A DNA stretch of 64,000 nt, taken from NCBI GenBank assembly GCA_018304385.1, contig JAGVWJ010000008.1, forward strand, positions 32,308-96,307. Reading direction: 5' to 3'. The position numbers and the translations under genes are program-made. The notes under the pieces were generated by a model. It was not told the DNA's origin and searched no databases. It saw nothing but the letters and a program-made list of their open reading frames with translations. Below, in pieces: positions 1-9,496 of this stretch. How positions within the stretch are numbered: the first letter of the stretch is position 1; the number at the start of each line of letters is the position of its first letter. This DNA is from Candidatus Micrarchaeota archaeon (lineage in GTDB: Archaea; Micrarchaeota; Micrarchaeia; Anstonellales; Bilamarchaeaceae).

Positions 1-105
1 GAGAGTAAAGAGATAAATTTTGATCAAAAAATAAGTTATACTGGAAATCCTCCAGAATATTTCTCTTTGAATTAAATTTTTAAATATACCATCATAAAAG
101 TAAGC

Positions 106-1773
106 ATGCAAAGATATGTTATTGTTCTACTTTTAGTTTTAATGGTTCTAGTTGTTATAGTATACCAGCAAAAAGACCAGATTACTTATATACTAACAGG
201 CAAAAAACCAATAGATACTGGAGGCATATCAACTGGTAAGATGCAGTTAACTAGTCCTGCTTTTTCACAAAATGAGAATGTACCCAAATTATATACATGC
301 GAAGGCAGCGATTTAAATCCGCCACTAACAATTAGTGGCACGCCAAGCAATGCTAAAAGTCTTGCGATAGTTATTGATGATCCAGATGCGAATTACCCTG
401 GCGCACCTGATGGTGCTTGGGTTCACTGGGTTACATGGAATATTCCTGCAAATACTAAGAACATTGCGCAAGGCACACCTGTTGGTACGCAAGGTGCGAA
501 TAGCGGTGGGGAATCAAAATATATGGGACCTTGTCCACCTGAAGGACCGGCGCATATGTATATCTTCAAAATCTATGCATTAGATACAACATTAACGCTT
601 AATGCAGGTGCAACAAAACAACAGCTTGAACAAGCAATGCAAGGCCATATATTAGACAGCACTGTTCTTACTGGATTATACGCTGCTGGAAGCGGGCCGA
701 CACCGCCTACACCTCCGCCAATGCCACCCGTAGGTCCAACTCCACCTTCTAATGTAACACAGCCACCAACACCAGATGTTAAAAAATTAGAAATCTCACC
801 AAATACTTTGATGATATTTTATTTTACAAGCGTTGGGTCTGGCACAAAAAGTTTACCTTCAGTAGTATCAACAACTGAGGGAACACCAAGCACTAAAGTA
901 ATATATATAACTGCCCAACCCATAACATGGAGCAGTACTTATTATGCGATTATTGGAGATATACCTTCTTTAGACAAAGCTTATGTAATCGATAAAACAA
1001 TATCATACAGCTATTCGAGAAGCGTTTTGCGTGTTAGAACAAATGGGAATAGAGTTATTGTTCTTAATGAGCGCGGAGAGCGAAATCCACTTATTTACGA
1101 CTTCAAGGTAATAGATCAGATAACTGGGGGAACTATCAAAAATGTAGATTTATATCCACGATCTTCTGTTGGCAGCTTCGCCATAATTGGTGATTCATTT
1201 TATTATCATGCAAGTGACGGATTATATAAAAGAGACTTTAGTGCAACTCAGTCAACAAAACTTTTAGATGATAATGACCCTTCTAATAAAGGAAAACTAT
1301 ATAGCGTTGGCAATAGATTATTTAGTGTGGATGGAACTTATGAAGCTAGCACAAAATTAACTACTAATATTATAAGAGAACATAGCACAAGCACTGGCAA
1401 AATAATCAAAGAAGTAACAAGTTTTCCAACATCAATTTCGAGCTTAGCTACATTTTACGATGGAGAAACTGCATTATACTTTAGCTTAAAGGATACCTCA
1501 GCAAATGCTTATGAAATATACCGCGTAACTTCTGGTGAGCCAGAATATATGTTTGAAGTAGTTTTAAACGCAGGAGAAACAGGATTGGGAAAAGTAGATG
1601 AAACCAATGGTTATCTGATAGTTCCGATCTTATCAAGTAGTACAAATACGCTTGTTGTATATAATCTAAAGAAAAACAAGGGTGAAGATGATATAATTAT
1701 TAAAAAAGATGAGCTCATTGGCCCAGGATTCACTCTTGCAAGTGCAGAGTATTCAATGTTAAATCCACAATGA
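106..1773 (+). CDS. Membrane-anchored YbhB/YbcL (PEBP/Raf kinase inhibitor-like) protein fused via a Pro-rich linker to a beta-rich C-terminal domain
   Basis: N-terminal hydrophobic helix; LTSPAF..YTCEG..NPPL, DDPDA, WVHW, YMGPCPP..H.Y.F..YALD are PEBP motifs; PTPP linker. Confidence 0.85.
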   Translation: MQRYVIVLLLVLMVLVVIVYQQKDQITYILTGKKPIDTGGISTGKMQLTSPAFSQNENVPKLYTCEGSDLNPPLTISGTPSNAKSLAIVIDDPDANYPGAPDGAWVHWVTWNIPANTKNIAQGTPVGTQGANSGGESKYMGPCPPEGPAHMYIFKIYALDTTLTLNAGATKQQLEQAMQGHILDSTVLTGLYAAGSGPTPPTPPPMPPVGPTPPSNVTQPPTPDVKKLEISPNTLMIFYFTSVGSGTKSLPSVVSTTEGTPSTKVIYITAQPITWSSTYYAIIGDIPSLDKAYVIDKTISYSYSRSVLRVRTNGNRVIVLNERGERNPLIYDFKVIDQITGGTIKNVDLYPRSSVGSFAIIGDSFYYHASDGLYKRDFSATQSTKLLDDNDPSNKGKLYSVGNRLFSVDGTYEASTKLTTNIIREHSTSTGKIIKEVTSFPTSISSLATFYDGETALYFSLKDTSANAYEIYRVTSGEPEYMFEVVLNAGETGLGKVDETNGYLIVPILSSSTNTLVVYNLKKNKGEDDIIIKKDELIGPGFTLASAEYSMLNPQ

Positions 1774-1810
1774 TATACTATTAAATACCTTTTTTCTATA
1801 ATTCTCCATT

Positions 1811-2782
1811 ATGTCAGTCACTATTGTTAAACATAGTTGGAGGATTTGCCCTAAAGGTATGGAAGAACATAATAGAAGAAAAAATTCTTTCAGGCCTATT
1901 ACTGATGAGGAACATGCCCAAGGATTAGAAAACAAGCAAAAGGTTCTGAAAGTTTTAAGAGATGTTTTTAGAGGTTCTGGACTGAGCATTATACTTTACG
2001 GTTCGCAGGTATATGCTCCACAAGTAGGACAAGACTTTGATCTGGCGGCACTATATCCATCTCGTGCATCTTTAAAAGCAATTGAATATTTTTGTAAAGT
2101 AGACTATACACCTGACCCTGTTTCAAGAGTATTAAAAGCAATTTTAGGAGATGAACCTAGTGCACTTCTTGATTTTTTAGAGCTTCATTATTCTAGCTTT
2201 CGATTTAAATTATTAATTAATGGTTCACCTGTACAGTTAAATGTCTTTTGTCAATCTACATTGGAAAGAGTAGCTAATCAAGGATTCCCTGAAGATTATA
2301 GAAAAATAAGAATACTCCATCCTGAAGGGCCGCTAAACTTAAAACGTGCAGTACTATTTGATGGAAGCCAACTTTGGATTCCAACTAGAACAAACGGGAT
2401 ACAGCTTGATGGAGAAAATTACTGGTTACGTGGGTACTGGGGCTGGCTTTATGAAAATGGATACAGGGCAGTTTCTGGACTCGCAAAAACTAGCGTTGGG
2501 TATCTAGTAACTTCTGAAATAGTACTTGATGAAAATGAAGTTGCTGCGCGTTTGATTGAGAGCGCAGAAAGAACATTCGTAGCAGCACTTGCAGCTTATT
2601 CAAGAGAACGAAACGTTTCAGTTGATCCGTGTGATGTTTTTATACGCGCCAAACGTTTTCGCCCAGAGTTCACGGAAAAACTCCGCAGAAGGATTGAAGC
2701 GCATAGGCCAAGCAAAACAGAGATTGCAAGATTTGAACTTCCTCTTTCCCCCCAACAACCAGATCATCCACCATCTTATTAA
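1811..2782 (+). CDS. Putative Pol-beta-superfamily nucleotidyltransferase-like protein
   Basis: hhhYGSxxY...DFDLAAL signature (IILYGSQVYAPQVGQDFDLAA); remainder unrecognised. Confidence 0.55.
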   Translation: MSVTIVKHSWRICPKGMEEHNRRKNSFRPITDEEHAQGLENKQKVLKVLRDVFRGSGLSIILYGSQVYAPQVGQDFDLAALYPSRASLKAIEYFCKVDYTPDPVSRVLKAILGDEPSALLDFLELHYSSFRFKLLINGSPVQLNVFCQSTLERVANQGFPEDYRKIRILHPEGPLNLKRAVLFDGSQLWIPTRTNGIQLDGENYWLRGYWGWLYENGYRAVSGLAKTSVGYLVTSEIVLDENEVAARLIESAERTFVAALAAYSRERNVSVDPCDVFIRAKRFRPEFTEKLRRRIEAHRPSKTEIARFELPLSPQQPDHPPSY

Positions 2783-3011
2783 GCTCTTTTTCGTCCTCTT
2801 CATCTTCTGGTAATGATGGTGGTAAATCGCTTTCACCTAATTTTTGATCTCCTTCACCTACGCTAGCAGGTTCTGCTGCTGGCGGAGTAGCTGGTGGAGC
2901 TTGTGGTTTGGTTACGTCAGCAGACTTTTCATCCTTCTTTTGCTCGCCTTGTGCACAACCAGCTAATAACAATAGCACTGCTCCCAATATTACAAATAAT
3001 ATTTTCATCAA
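2670..3011 (-). CDS. Small putative lipoprotein, Pro/acidic low complexity
   Basis: MMKILFVILGAVLLLLAGC lipobox-like signal; 3' end overlaps the convergent upstream gene. Confidence 0.6.
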   Translation of the reverse strand: MMKILFVILGAVLLLLAGCAQGEQKKDEKSADVTKPQAPPATPPAAEPASVGEGDQKLGESDLPPSLPEDEEDEKELNKMVDDLVVGGKEEVQILQSLFCLAYALQSFCGVFP

Positions 3012-4111
3012 CTATCACCCTCGGTATCAGTTGTAGTTTCATCTGGAGTTGGAGGAACTTCAACAACTTCAGTTAAATCCTCTACGTGTTTTTCTCCACG
3101 TTTATGTTTTTGATGGAGCTCTGCAAATACATGCCTAAACTGCTTATACGTATGCTTTGCATCATTTAATGCAGCTAGAGCATCTCTGTATTGCTCATCA
3201 TCAAATAATACCTTTGCCTTATCTAAGGCTGCATTATATTCTTCTAGCAAAAATTGCAGCTTTGATACATCGTGGCCCTTTTCCTCAGCCTTAGTTATTG
3301 CCTTTTCCATAAGATCGTTGAGTTTCTCTCCTTTCTCTATCATGTTAGATAGTCTTTGTATTAATGCTTTCTTTTTCTCCTCAGTTAATTTTTCTAATTT
3401 TTCTGCAAGCATTTTCTTGTGTAAAGCATCGAGACGTACTCTCGCACCTTCATCAGTTTCTGTTTCTTCAGTTTCATTATCTCCTGCTTCTGCAGCTAGT
3501 CTTTTCTTTTTTATCCAATCTTTAAATCTCTCTTGCACTACAGTTCTATAATGTTCATTTATCTCTAGTTCACATTTCTTTCTATCTTCACCCGTTAGCT
3601 TTCTGCATTTTTCATTTAATGCATGACGCTCGCGCGCTTTTTCTAAAGCACGTTCAGAAACTGCATTTCTTTCTTTAGCACATAGTACGCGTTCAACTTT
3701 ATCATTAAGCGATTCACATTTTCTTTCTCTTTTTTCTTTTACCCTTTCTTTAACATCTTGTTTTGCCCTTCTCCTTTTTAAGTTATCTTCTAATTCATTC
3801 TTTCCTTCCCTATCAAGCTTATTCCTTTCATTTTCTCTGATCTCCTTAAGTCTCTCTGGTTTTACTCTGTCTTTCATACGTTCTGAAAGTACCTCTCTAG
3901 TGCGCTCGCGTGCAACCTCCTTAGCTCGATCACTAACTGCATCCCGAGCAACATCTCTTGCTCTGTCCCTAGCTACATCTTTTGCCCTATCTGCTGCTCT
4001 ATCTTTTACTTCATCTCTTGCATTGTCGCGTGCATCACTGCGCAAATCAGCTGCGAGTACAACTGCCATTAATAAGAAAACAACCAAACCTACAAACAAT
4101 AGTTTTCGCAT
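3008..4111 (-). CDS. Secreted alpha-helical repeat/coiled-coil protein (paralog of 4181..5215)
   Basis: Signal peptide; RDxA-type repeats; shared Cys pairs and EEY..A.DKAK..DDEQYRD.LAALNDAK motif with neighbour. Confidence 0.75.
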   Translation of the reverse strand: MRKLLFVGLVVFLLMAVVLAADLRSDARDNARDEVKDRAADRAKDVARDRARDVARDAVSDRAKEVARERTREVLSERMKDRVKPERLKEIRENERNKLDREGKNELEDNLKRRRAKQDVKERVKEKRERKCESLNDKVERVLCAKERNAVSERALEKARERHALNEKCRKLTGEDRKKCELEINEHYRTVVQERFKDWIKKKRLAAEAGDNETEETETDEGARVRLDALHKKMLAEKLEKLTEEKKKALIQRLSNMIEKGEKLNDLMEKAITKAEEKGHDVSKLQFLLEEYNAALDKAKVLFDDEQYRDALAALNDAKHTYKQFRHVFAELHQKHKRGEKHVEDLTEVVEVPPTPDETTTDTEGDS

Positions 4112-4180
4112 TTAGACCACCGAATATGTTAGTTATTTAGTATTTATAAATATAGGGGCTTCACCCCTATGACCCCATTG

Positions 4181-5215
4181 CTACTTAATAAGGTCTGCAA
4201 ATGCAAACCTAAACTGTTTAAATATATTTTTAGCATCGTTTAAAGCAGCTAAGGTATCTCTATACTGCTCATCATCATAGAATATTTTTGCCTTATCCAT
4301 TGCTATTTTGTATTCTTCTAATAAAAATTCTAATCTTGCAGTGTCATAACCTTTTTCTTTTGCTTTATTTAGTGCTCTTTCAAGTAGATCTGCTTTTTTT
4401 CCAGCACTCGCAATTAAACCATCAATACGTTCTATTAGATTGCGCTTTGCCTGGCTCTTTTCATCGTTTAATCTCGCTTCAGATACTCGCTCATGAACTG
4501 AGTTTATTATTGCACGCGCTGTCTCACCACCTGATAACTCTTCTCTTTTAAATTCCTTAAACCTTTCCTGGATGACGTCTCTGAAATGCCTGTTTACACG
4601 TTCTTGACATGCAGATCGCTCGCTACCAGTAAGCCGTCTACATTCCTCGCTTAACCTATGACGCTCACGAACCTTTTCTATTGTTAGGTATGTTGTTTTC
4701 TCGCGCTCGCAAAAAATACGCTCATTAGCGTCCACTATTCCATCGCATTTTCTCTCAAGTTTTTCTTTTATTCTATCACTAGCATTCATTTTCAGTCTTC
4801 TATCTGTTTCTGCATCTATCCTATTTCTTACTCTCAATTCTCTATCTATCTCTTCTCTTGCTGCCCTTGTTTGATTTTCCACTCCTATACGAATATCTTC
4901 TCGTGCTTCTCGTGTCTGATTTTCTACTTCGCTTTCAGTTGCTTCCCTAACTCGCTCAGCAGTTTCATTTCTGATTAACTCTTCTGTCTCGTTTCTTATC
5001 TGACTCGCTATACCCTCGCGAGTTTCATTTATTGCCCGTTCAGTAGCCTCTCTTGTAAGTCTTTCAGTAGTCTCTGCTGCAATCCTTTCTGTAGTTTCTC
5101 GTGTAATCCTTTCTGTTTCTTCACGCGTAATCCTCTCTTCCTCAGTCTCGGCAAATGCAATGTTTAGCACAAACAATAGCATAGCAAATAATAACAATTT
5201 TTGCATGAAAACCAC
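4181..5215 (-). CDS. Secreted alpha-helical repeat/coiled-coil protein (paralog of 3008..4111)
   Basis: Signal peptide; ETERIT/NET repeats; ERKC..C and EECRRLTG..C motifs shared with neighbour. Confidence 0.75.
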   Translation of the reverse strand: MVFMQKLLLFAMLLFVLNIAFAETEEERITREETERITRETTERIAAETTERLTREATERAINETREGIASQIRNETEELIRNETAERVREATESEVENQTREAREDIRIGVENQTRAAREEIDRELRVRNRIDAETDRRLKMNASDRIKEKLERKCDGIVDANERIFCEREKTTYLTIEKVRERHRLSEECRRLTGSERSACQERVNRHFRDVIQERFKEFKREELSGGETARAIINSVHERVSEARLNDEKSQAKRNLIERIDGLIASAGKKADLLERALNKAKEKGYDTARLEFLLEEYKIAMDKAKIFYDDEQYRDTLAALNDAKNIFKQFRFAFADLIK

Positions 5216-5258
5216 CCTTATAGATTTTTACATGTGCATTTTTATATTTATGTTTTCT

Positions 5259-6194
5259 TCACTCGTAAATCTTGATTCCTAATTTTTGTGTTGCAATTGC
5301 GAATAAAGATTGCGCTGAAATAATGCCTACTTCTGTAATATATCCAGTAATATAATGTGCAGCAGTTGCATCAAATGCTGGATTAGCAATTGTTAGGCTT
5401 TTGGGGGGCTTATCCCATATTTCTGCAATAGCGCGTTGTTCTATACGTTCGCGCTGTCCATAAGCAGTTAATGGAGAGTATTTGAACAGCTCTGCAGCAC
5501 TATAAAATGAAACATCGTGCATTCTTGCAATATGCGCAACAGTGCTTGTGCCTACTTTGTTTATTAGATCTCCTCTAGAAGTTATTGCGTCTGCACCAAC
5601 AATGCACATATCTGCTTTTTTCATAAATACATTTACTGCACCATCAACAATAAGCGTTGTTTTTATCTTTGCTTCAATTAGCTCGCGCGCGGTAATCCTG
5701 CCTTGATATAATGGCCGCGTTTCGCATGCAATAACCTCGAAATTTTTTCCCATTTCCTTTGCTTTTTTGAATATTCTTGTAACGCTTGATGAATGGCAAT
5801 GAGTTATCACCACTGCGTTTTCAGGAATTATCTTTGCGCCATACTCTGCTATTTTTGCAATGTCTTCATCCATTTTTTTAAGCAATGTCTCTTCGCGCTC
5901 AACCAAAAGTTTTTTTACTGCACCTACTGTGCGTACGTTTTTCATTTTTATCTGCATTAGCGCAAAGCGCGTTATATCTTCTATATTATTTCTCATCATT
6001 GGCTCTGTTGGCCTAGAATTAGCAAGCTTTTCTGCAACACCTAATATTTCATTATATAGTTCGTTTAGACCATCTGCTCTGGATGCACTTATTTGCAGTG
6101 CCAATGCAGTTAGGGCTGACTTCGCAACATTGCGAGCCCCTTGGATTTTTAGTTTCTTGATATCGTTGATAATTTTTTCAACTGCTTTTTGCAT
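5259..6194 (-). CDS. Ribose-1,5-bisphosphate isomerase (eIF-2B family)
   Basis: IQGA, RPTEP, THCHSS, ETRP..QG, GADAI, NKVGT, NPAFD.T motifs. Confidence 0.85.
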   Translation of the reverse strand: MQKAVEKIINDIKKLKIQGARNVAKSALTALALQISASRADGLNELYNEILGVAEKLANSRPTEPMMRNNIEDITRFALMQIKMKNVRTVGAVKKLLVEREETLLKKMDEDIAKIAEYGAKIIPENAVVITHCHSSSVTRIFKKAKEMGKNFEVIACETRPLYQGRITARELIEAKIKTTLIVDGAVNVFMKKADMCIVGADAITSRGDLINKVGTSTVAHIARMHDVSFYSAAELFKYSPLTAYGQRERIEQRAIAEIWDKPPKSLTIANPAFDATAAHYITGYITEVGIISAQSLFAIATQKLGIKIYE

Positions 6195-6318
6195 AAACTA
6201 AACGCGAAGAATAAGAATAAATAGATTACTACTACCTTAAGCAATGAGTTATGTGCAAAAAGCCATGTTAGAATATAAATACAAAAATTACCACTTTTAC
6301 AAACATTTATAAACACTT

Positions 6319-7131
6319 TTGCGCATAATAATAGTATGGCTAAAAAGACTAGCAGCAGCGCGGGCTGTTGTGTTTAGACTAATACTCAAAGTTAGAAGTC
6401 TTAGGGCAGATGTTTTAGAAGAGAAAGTAATTGAAAGACCACTAATTGAGATGTTTCAAAGCGCAGACGCTCACGAAAGGCAAATGGCTATAGATAGAAT
6501 GTTTAACGTGTTAGAAAGCCACTCCTCTTCGGCATCTGAAAAAGAAGAAACAGTTAACACACTAGTTAAAATAGGTGCTAATGCAAAGGACCCAGGCATA
6601 AGAAAGCATGCAATTTCTATTCTTGATCATTTTAATGCTCTTGAAGCATTCAAAAATGTATGTAAGGAAACTGATTATTTAGATGTAAAGGCATATGTTA
6701 TGAAACTTTTGGAAACACGCATTATGCTAGCTTCTGCTAAGAGGGCTGCTGTAGCTGCATCTGTTGTCCAATCAGAACACGCAGATGCTATAAGAATTAA
6801 AGAAAAATTAGCTGGAGAGGAACTTCTTTACGGAGCTGGTTTTGCAACTGGTACAAATGAGATAATACATAATGCTATGCGCACCCTTACTGAGCTTGCA
6901 TTGCTCTATAGATATGGTGAGGAAACAAATGCCCTTGCAATTAAAACACTTAGAAAATTGAGCGAAAGCCCTGATCCGCTAGTAAAAGAATTAGCTTCAA
7001 AACAACTAGGTTTTGTTTCTGATAACAGAGTTCCTTACTCAGTTGGAACTGGGGAAAGTATGAGGATAAGAAGTGTGGAGAATGGAATAACAATGAACAC
7101 ATGCGACCCTATGACTATAGAAACATCATAA
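6319..7131 (+). CDS. HEAT/armadillo-like helical hypothetical protein; 5' end possibly frameshifted
   Basis: Helical repeats such as DPGIRKHAISIL and DPLVKELASKQL; TATA-positioned ATG at 6336 is out of frame. Confidence 0.6.
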   Translation: MRIIIVWLKRLAAARAVVFRLILKVRSLRADVLEEKVIERPLIEMFQSADAHERQMAIDRMFNVLESHSSSASEKEETVNTLVKIGANAKDPGIRKHAISILDHFNALEAFKNVCKETDYLDVKAYVMKLLETRIMLASAKRAAVAASVVQSEHADAIRIKEKLAGEELLYGAGFATGTNEIIHNAMRTLTELALLYRYGEETNALAIKTLRKLSESPDPLVKELASKQLGFVSDNRVPYSVGTGESMRIRSVENGITMNTCDPMTIETS

Positions 7132-7201
7132 AATGGATTTGATATAAATACTCAACAACTAATTTACATAAACCTTTTTCCCGCTAATGCTAACTTCCTA
7201 T

Positions 7202-8020
7202 TTAAGCCATTGGAAGTCTGCGAGTGCTGACATCTGTTTCTTGTAGGAGTCTTCTTATAATTGAATGTTCGAGTCCTGTTGATAACTCTAGCACTTGAAA
7301 CACTAACATTGGATCAGTTATTGCTCCATCTGTTCTTTTACCCTGGTTAAGAATTTGTAGTGCAGTGAGTATTTGCCCAACTTCTTCATCCCCATAAACT
7401 GTTAACGCAACAGTTTCAGGATGAGTTCTAACACCAACTGCAATATCTATGATTGGCGCTTCACTACTACCTAGAACGCATACACCCGCGCTTTTAGCTA
7501 CTGTATGGTCATCTTCCACTCTTGTTGTTTCTGATAAATATGATCTAAGACCCCTACTTCTAAATAGAGCAGTCAGTAAAATTGCCATATCTTCTGGCTC
7601 TGAAGCAACTAATCGATCGCTTCCAGTTTCTTGCTCTGAATGTGCAACCAAAGTTGCGGGTGTCATTACCTCATCAGTTTGATGGACATGACGACCATCA
7701 ATCTCGGCTTCTAAGCCAAATAAGCTTCTAACAAGTCTTCTATCTCCCGGTCTTGGGGCAGTAAACAAAGAAACTTTTGTAACTGCATCATCTAAATCTT
7801 TACCTGGAACTAATACGCGTGCCAATTCTTCAAGCCTGCCACTAGTACCAAAAGCGTATGGACCTTCAGAAATAGGTTTATCTCTTGCCTCTAAAGTTCT
7901 TAGTATACCTTCTGCAATTCCTTCTGCTGCTAACCCCTTAAGAGCAACAATTGGACTTCTAGCTATCGCAGGTTTTAATGGTTCTTTAAATCTAATCCTA
8001 ACTGATCCTATTTCCATCAT
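7202..8020 (-). CDS. Hypothetical protein, possible inactive transglutaminase-like fold (paralog of 8102..8974)
   Basis: SEGP, H.H.TD..LVAHS..E, EDMAILLTALFRSRGLRS shared with neighbour. Confidence 0.6.
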   Translation of the reverse strand: MMEIGSVRIRFKEPLKPAIARSPIVALKGLAAEGIAEGILRTLEARDKPISEGPYAFGTSGRLEELARVLVPGKDLDDAVTKVSLFTAPRPGDRRLVRSLFGLEAEIDGRHVHQTDEVMTPATLVAHSEQETGSDRLVASEPEDMAILLTALFRSRGLRSYLSETTRVEDDHTVAKSAGVCVLGSSEAPIIDIAVGVRTHPETVALTVYGDEEVGQILTALQILNQGKRTDGAITDPMLVFQVLELSTGLEHSIIRRLLQETDVSTRRLPMA

Positions 8021-8042
8021 GCAAAATAATTAGTGTGCAAAA

Positions 8043-8078
8043 ATATAAAAAGGGGCGTCACAGTAATCTGCCATGAGC
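8043..8078 (-). promoter_or_regulatory. Duplicated promoter region, copy 1 (TATA box TTTTTATAT on minus strand)
   Basis: 34/36 identical to 8997..9032; TATA ~23-30 nt upstream of ATG 8020. Confidence 0.75.
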
Positions 8079-8101
8079 AATCAACCATGGGCAATGAGCA
8101 T

Positions 8102-8974
8102 TTAATTTGGTAGGTGTTTTATTTGTCTAGATGCGCTGACTTCTCTTCTAATTACATCTAAATCTTCTCTTATACCTCTAACAGAATCAACAAGCGGATG
8201 GTCTATTGCTTGGCCGGCAGTGCTTAATGTAGCGTCAGTCTCATCAAACTCTGCAAGCACTGCTTCCCTTGGCAAGCTACGATATGCACCAGTTCGTCCG
8301 ACTTCTCTTATTTTCTTAACATGATTAAATGCCTTAAGCGCTTGTATTAAGCCAAGAACTTCTACATCGCTATATAATATAATCTGCCTAAATGAAGGAT
8401 GAACTGGTAATGCAAAACTAACTAAACTAAAAGTTTCTGGATCAGCTATGCATAATGCACTGCTCATTTCACCTGAACTTTCTCTAAGTAATGCAATGTT
8501 TGCTCGTAAACCTATCCCTTGCAATAACGCTGCTATCAGCACGTACAACTCTTCTCCTCGTGCTACAGCAAGTTCGTTTCTGCTTTCAATATTTGAATGC
8601 GCAACCAACTCGCCTGCGCTTAACGGCTGATCAGTAGCATGTATATGCTCTACATTATATACTATATCTGGCACACCTCTCTCTATGACTGGTTCAGGCT
8701 TTGGAAATGGTAGTTCCATATTTTGTGGAGTAAGAAAAAATACTGCGCCAGCTAACGCATCATTCATGCTTTTTCCAAAAAGAGGTCCAAGTTCTTCTAA
8801 AAGTCTAGCTAGCTTTGCATCTTTATCCCTAAATGGCCCTTCGCTAGGTGGCAATGACTTTGCACTTAATTTTTCAAAAACTCGCCTGACAACCGCTCGT
8901 TCAACTGGGGGATGAAATACTGGACTTTGTCTCCTAGGTCTTACACTTTTATTGAATGTTAATGCATGCGCCAT
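8102..8974 (-). CDS. Hypothetical protein, possible inactive transglutaminase-like fold (paralog of 7202..8020)
   Basis: EELYVLIAALLQGIGLRANIA aligns to the paralog and resembles the transglutaminase core helix without Cys. Confidence 0.6.
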   Translation of the reverse strand: MAHALTFNKSVRPRRQSPVFHPPVERAVVRRVFEKLSAKSLPPSEGPFRDKDAKLARLLEELGPLFGKSMNDALAGAVFFLTPQNMELPFPKPEPVIERGVPDIVYNVEHIHATDQPLSAGELVAHSNIESRNELAVARGEELYVLIAALLQGIGLRANIALLRESSGEMSSALCIADPETFSLVSFALPVHPSFRQIILYSDVEVLGLIQALKAFNHVKKIREVGRTGAYRSLPREAVLAEFDETDATLSTAGQAIDHPLVDSVRGIREDLDVIRREVSASRQIKHLPN

Positions 8975-8996
8975 GCAATATTATTGATGTGGGAAG

Positions 8997-9032
8997 ATAT
9001 AAAAAGGGGCGTCACAATACTCTGCCATGAGC
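8997..9032 (-). promoter_or_regulatory. Duplicated promoter region, copy 2
   Basis: atataaaaaggggcgtcaca(a/g)ta(c/a)tctgccatgagc repeated upstream of both paralogs. Confidence 0.75.
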
Positions 9033-9145
9033 CTTGAGCTATCATCAATGGGCAGTTGACTGGCGCTGTTTCAAGTCTTGCGCTCTTATATTATTCATTC
9101 TAACAGTTTCGAAATTTAAAAAATAAAAAGAATAAAAAAAGAAAA

Positions 9146-9448
9146 TTATCCAAATAAAGATGCTAATCCTTCAGCTGCTTGTGCTTCAGTCTTTGCTTCA
9201 TCTTTCTTTTCTTCTTTCTTTGCTTCTGCTACTGGTGCACTTGCGACTGCTGCTGGTGCTGCTGTTGCCTGCTTTAACAAGTCTTCAAAGTTAACACCTT
9301 GGACTGCTTCTGCAAGCACTTTTGCGCGTGCTTCATCTGCAGCTACGCCAGCGCTTTTCAACACGCTAACAATAGCATCTTTAGATACTTCTTTTCCTGC
9401 GCCATGCAATAAAAGCACAGCATGCAAATATGGATCTACTTTTGTCAT
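9146..9448 (-). CDS. rpl12: 50S ribosomal protein L12 (aP1 stalk protein)
   Basis: YLHAVLLLH..GKE, Ala-rich hinge, EAQAAEGLASLFG C-terminus. Confidence 0.95.
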   Translation of the reverse strand: MTKVDPYLHAVLLLHGAGKEVSKDAIVSVLKSAGVAADEARAKVLAEAVQGVNFEDLLKQATAAPAAVASAPVAEAKKEEKKDEAKTEAQAAEGLASLFG

Positions 9449-9496
9449 TTTAAATCACCTTTACGATCAGTTTTGCTGAAGCTTTTTCTAAAAGCT

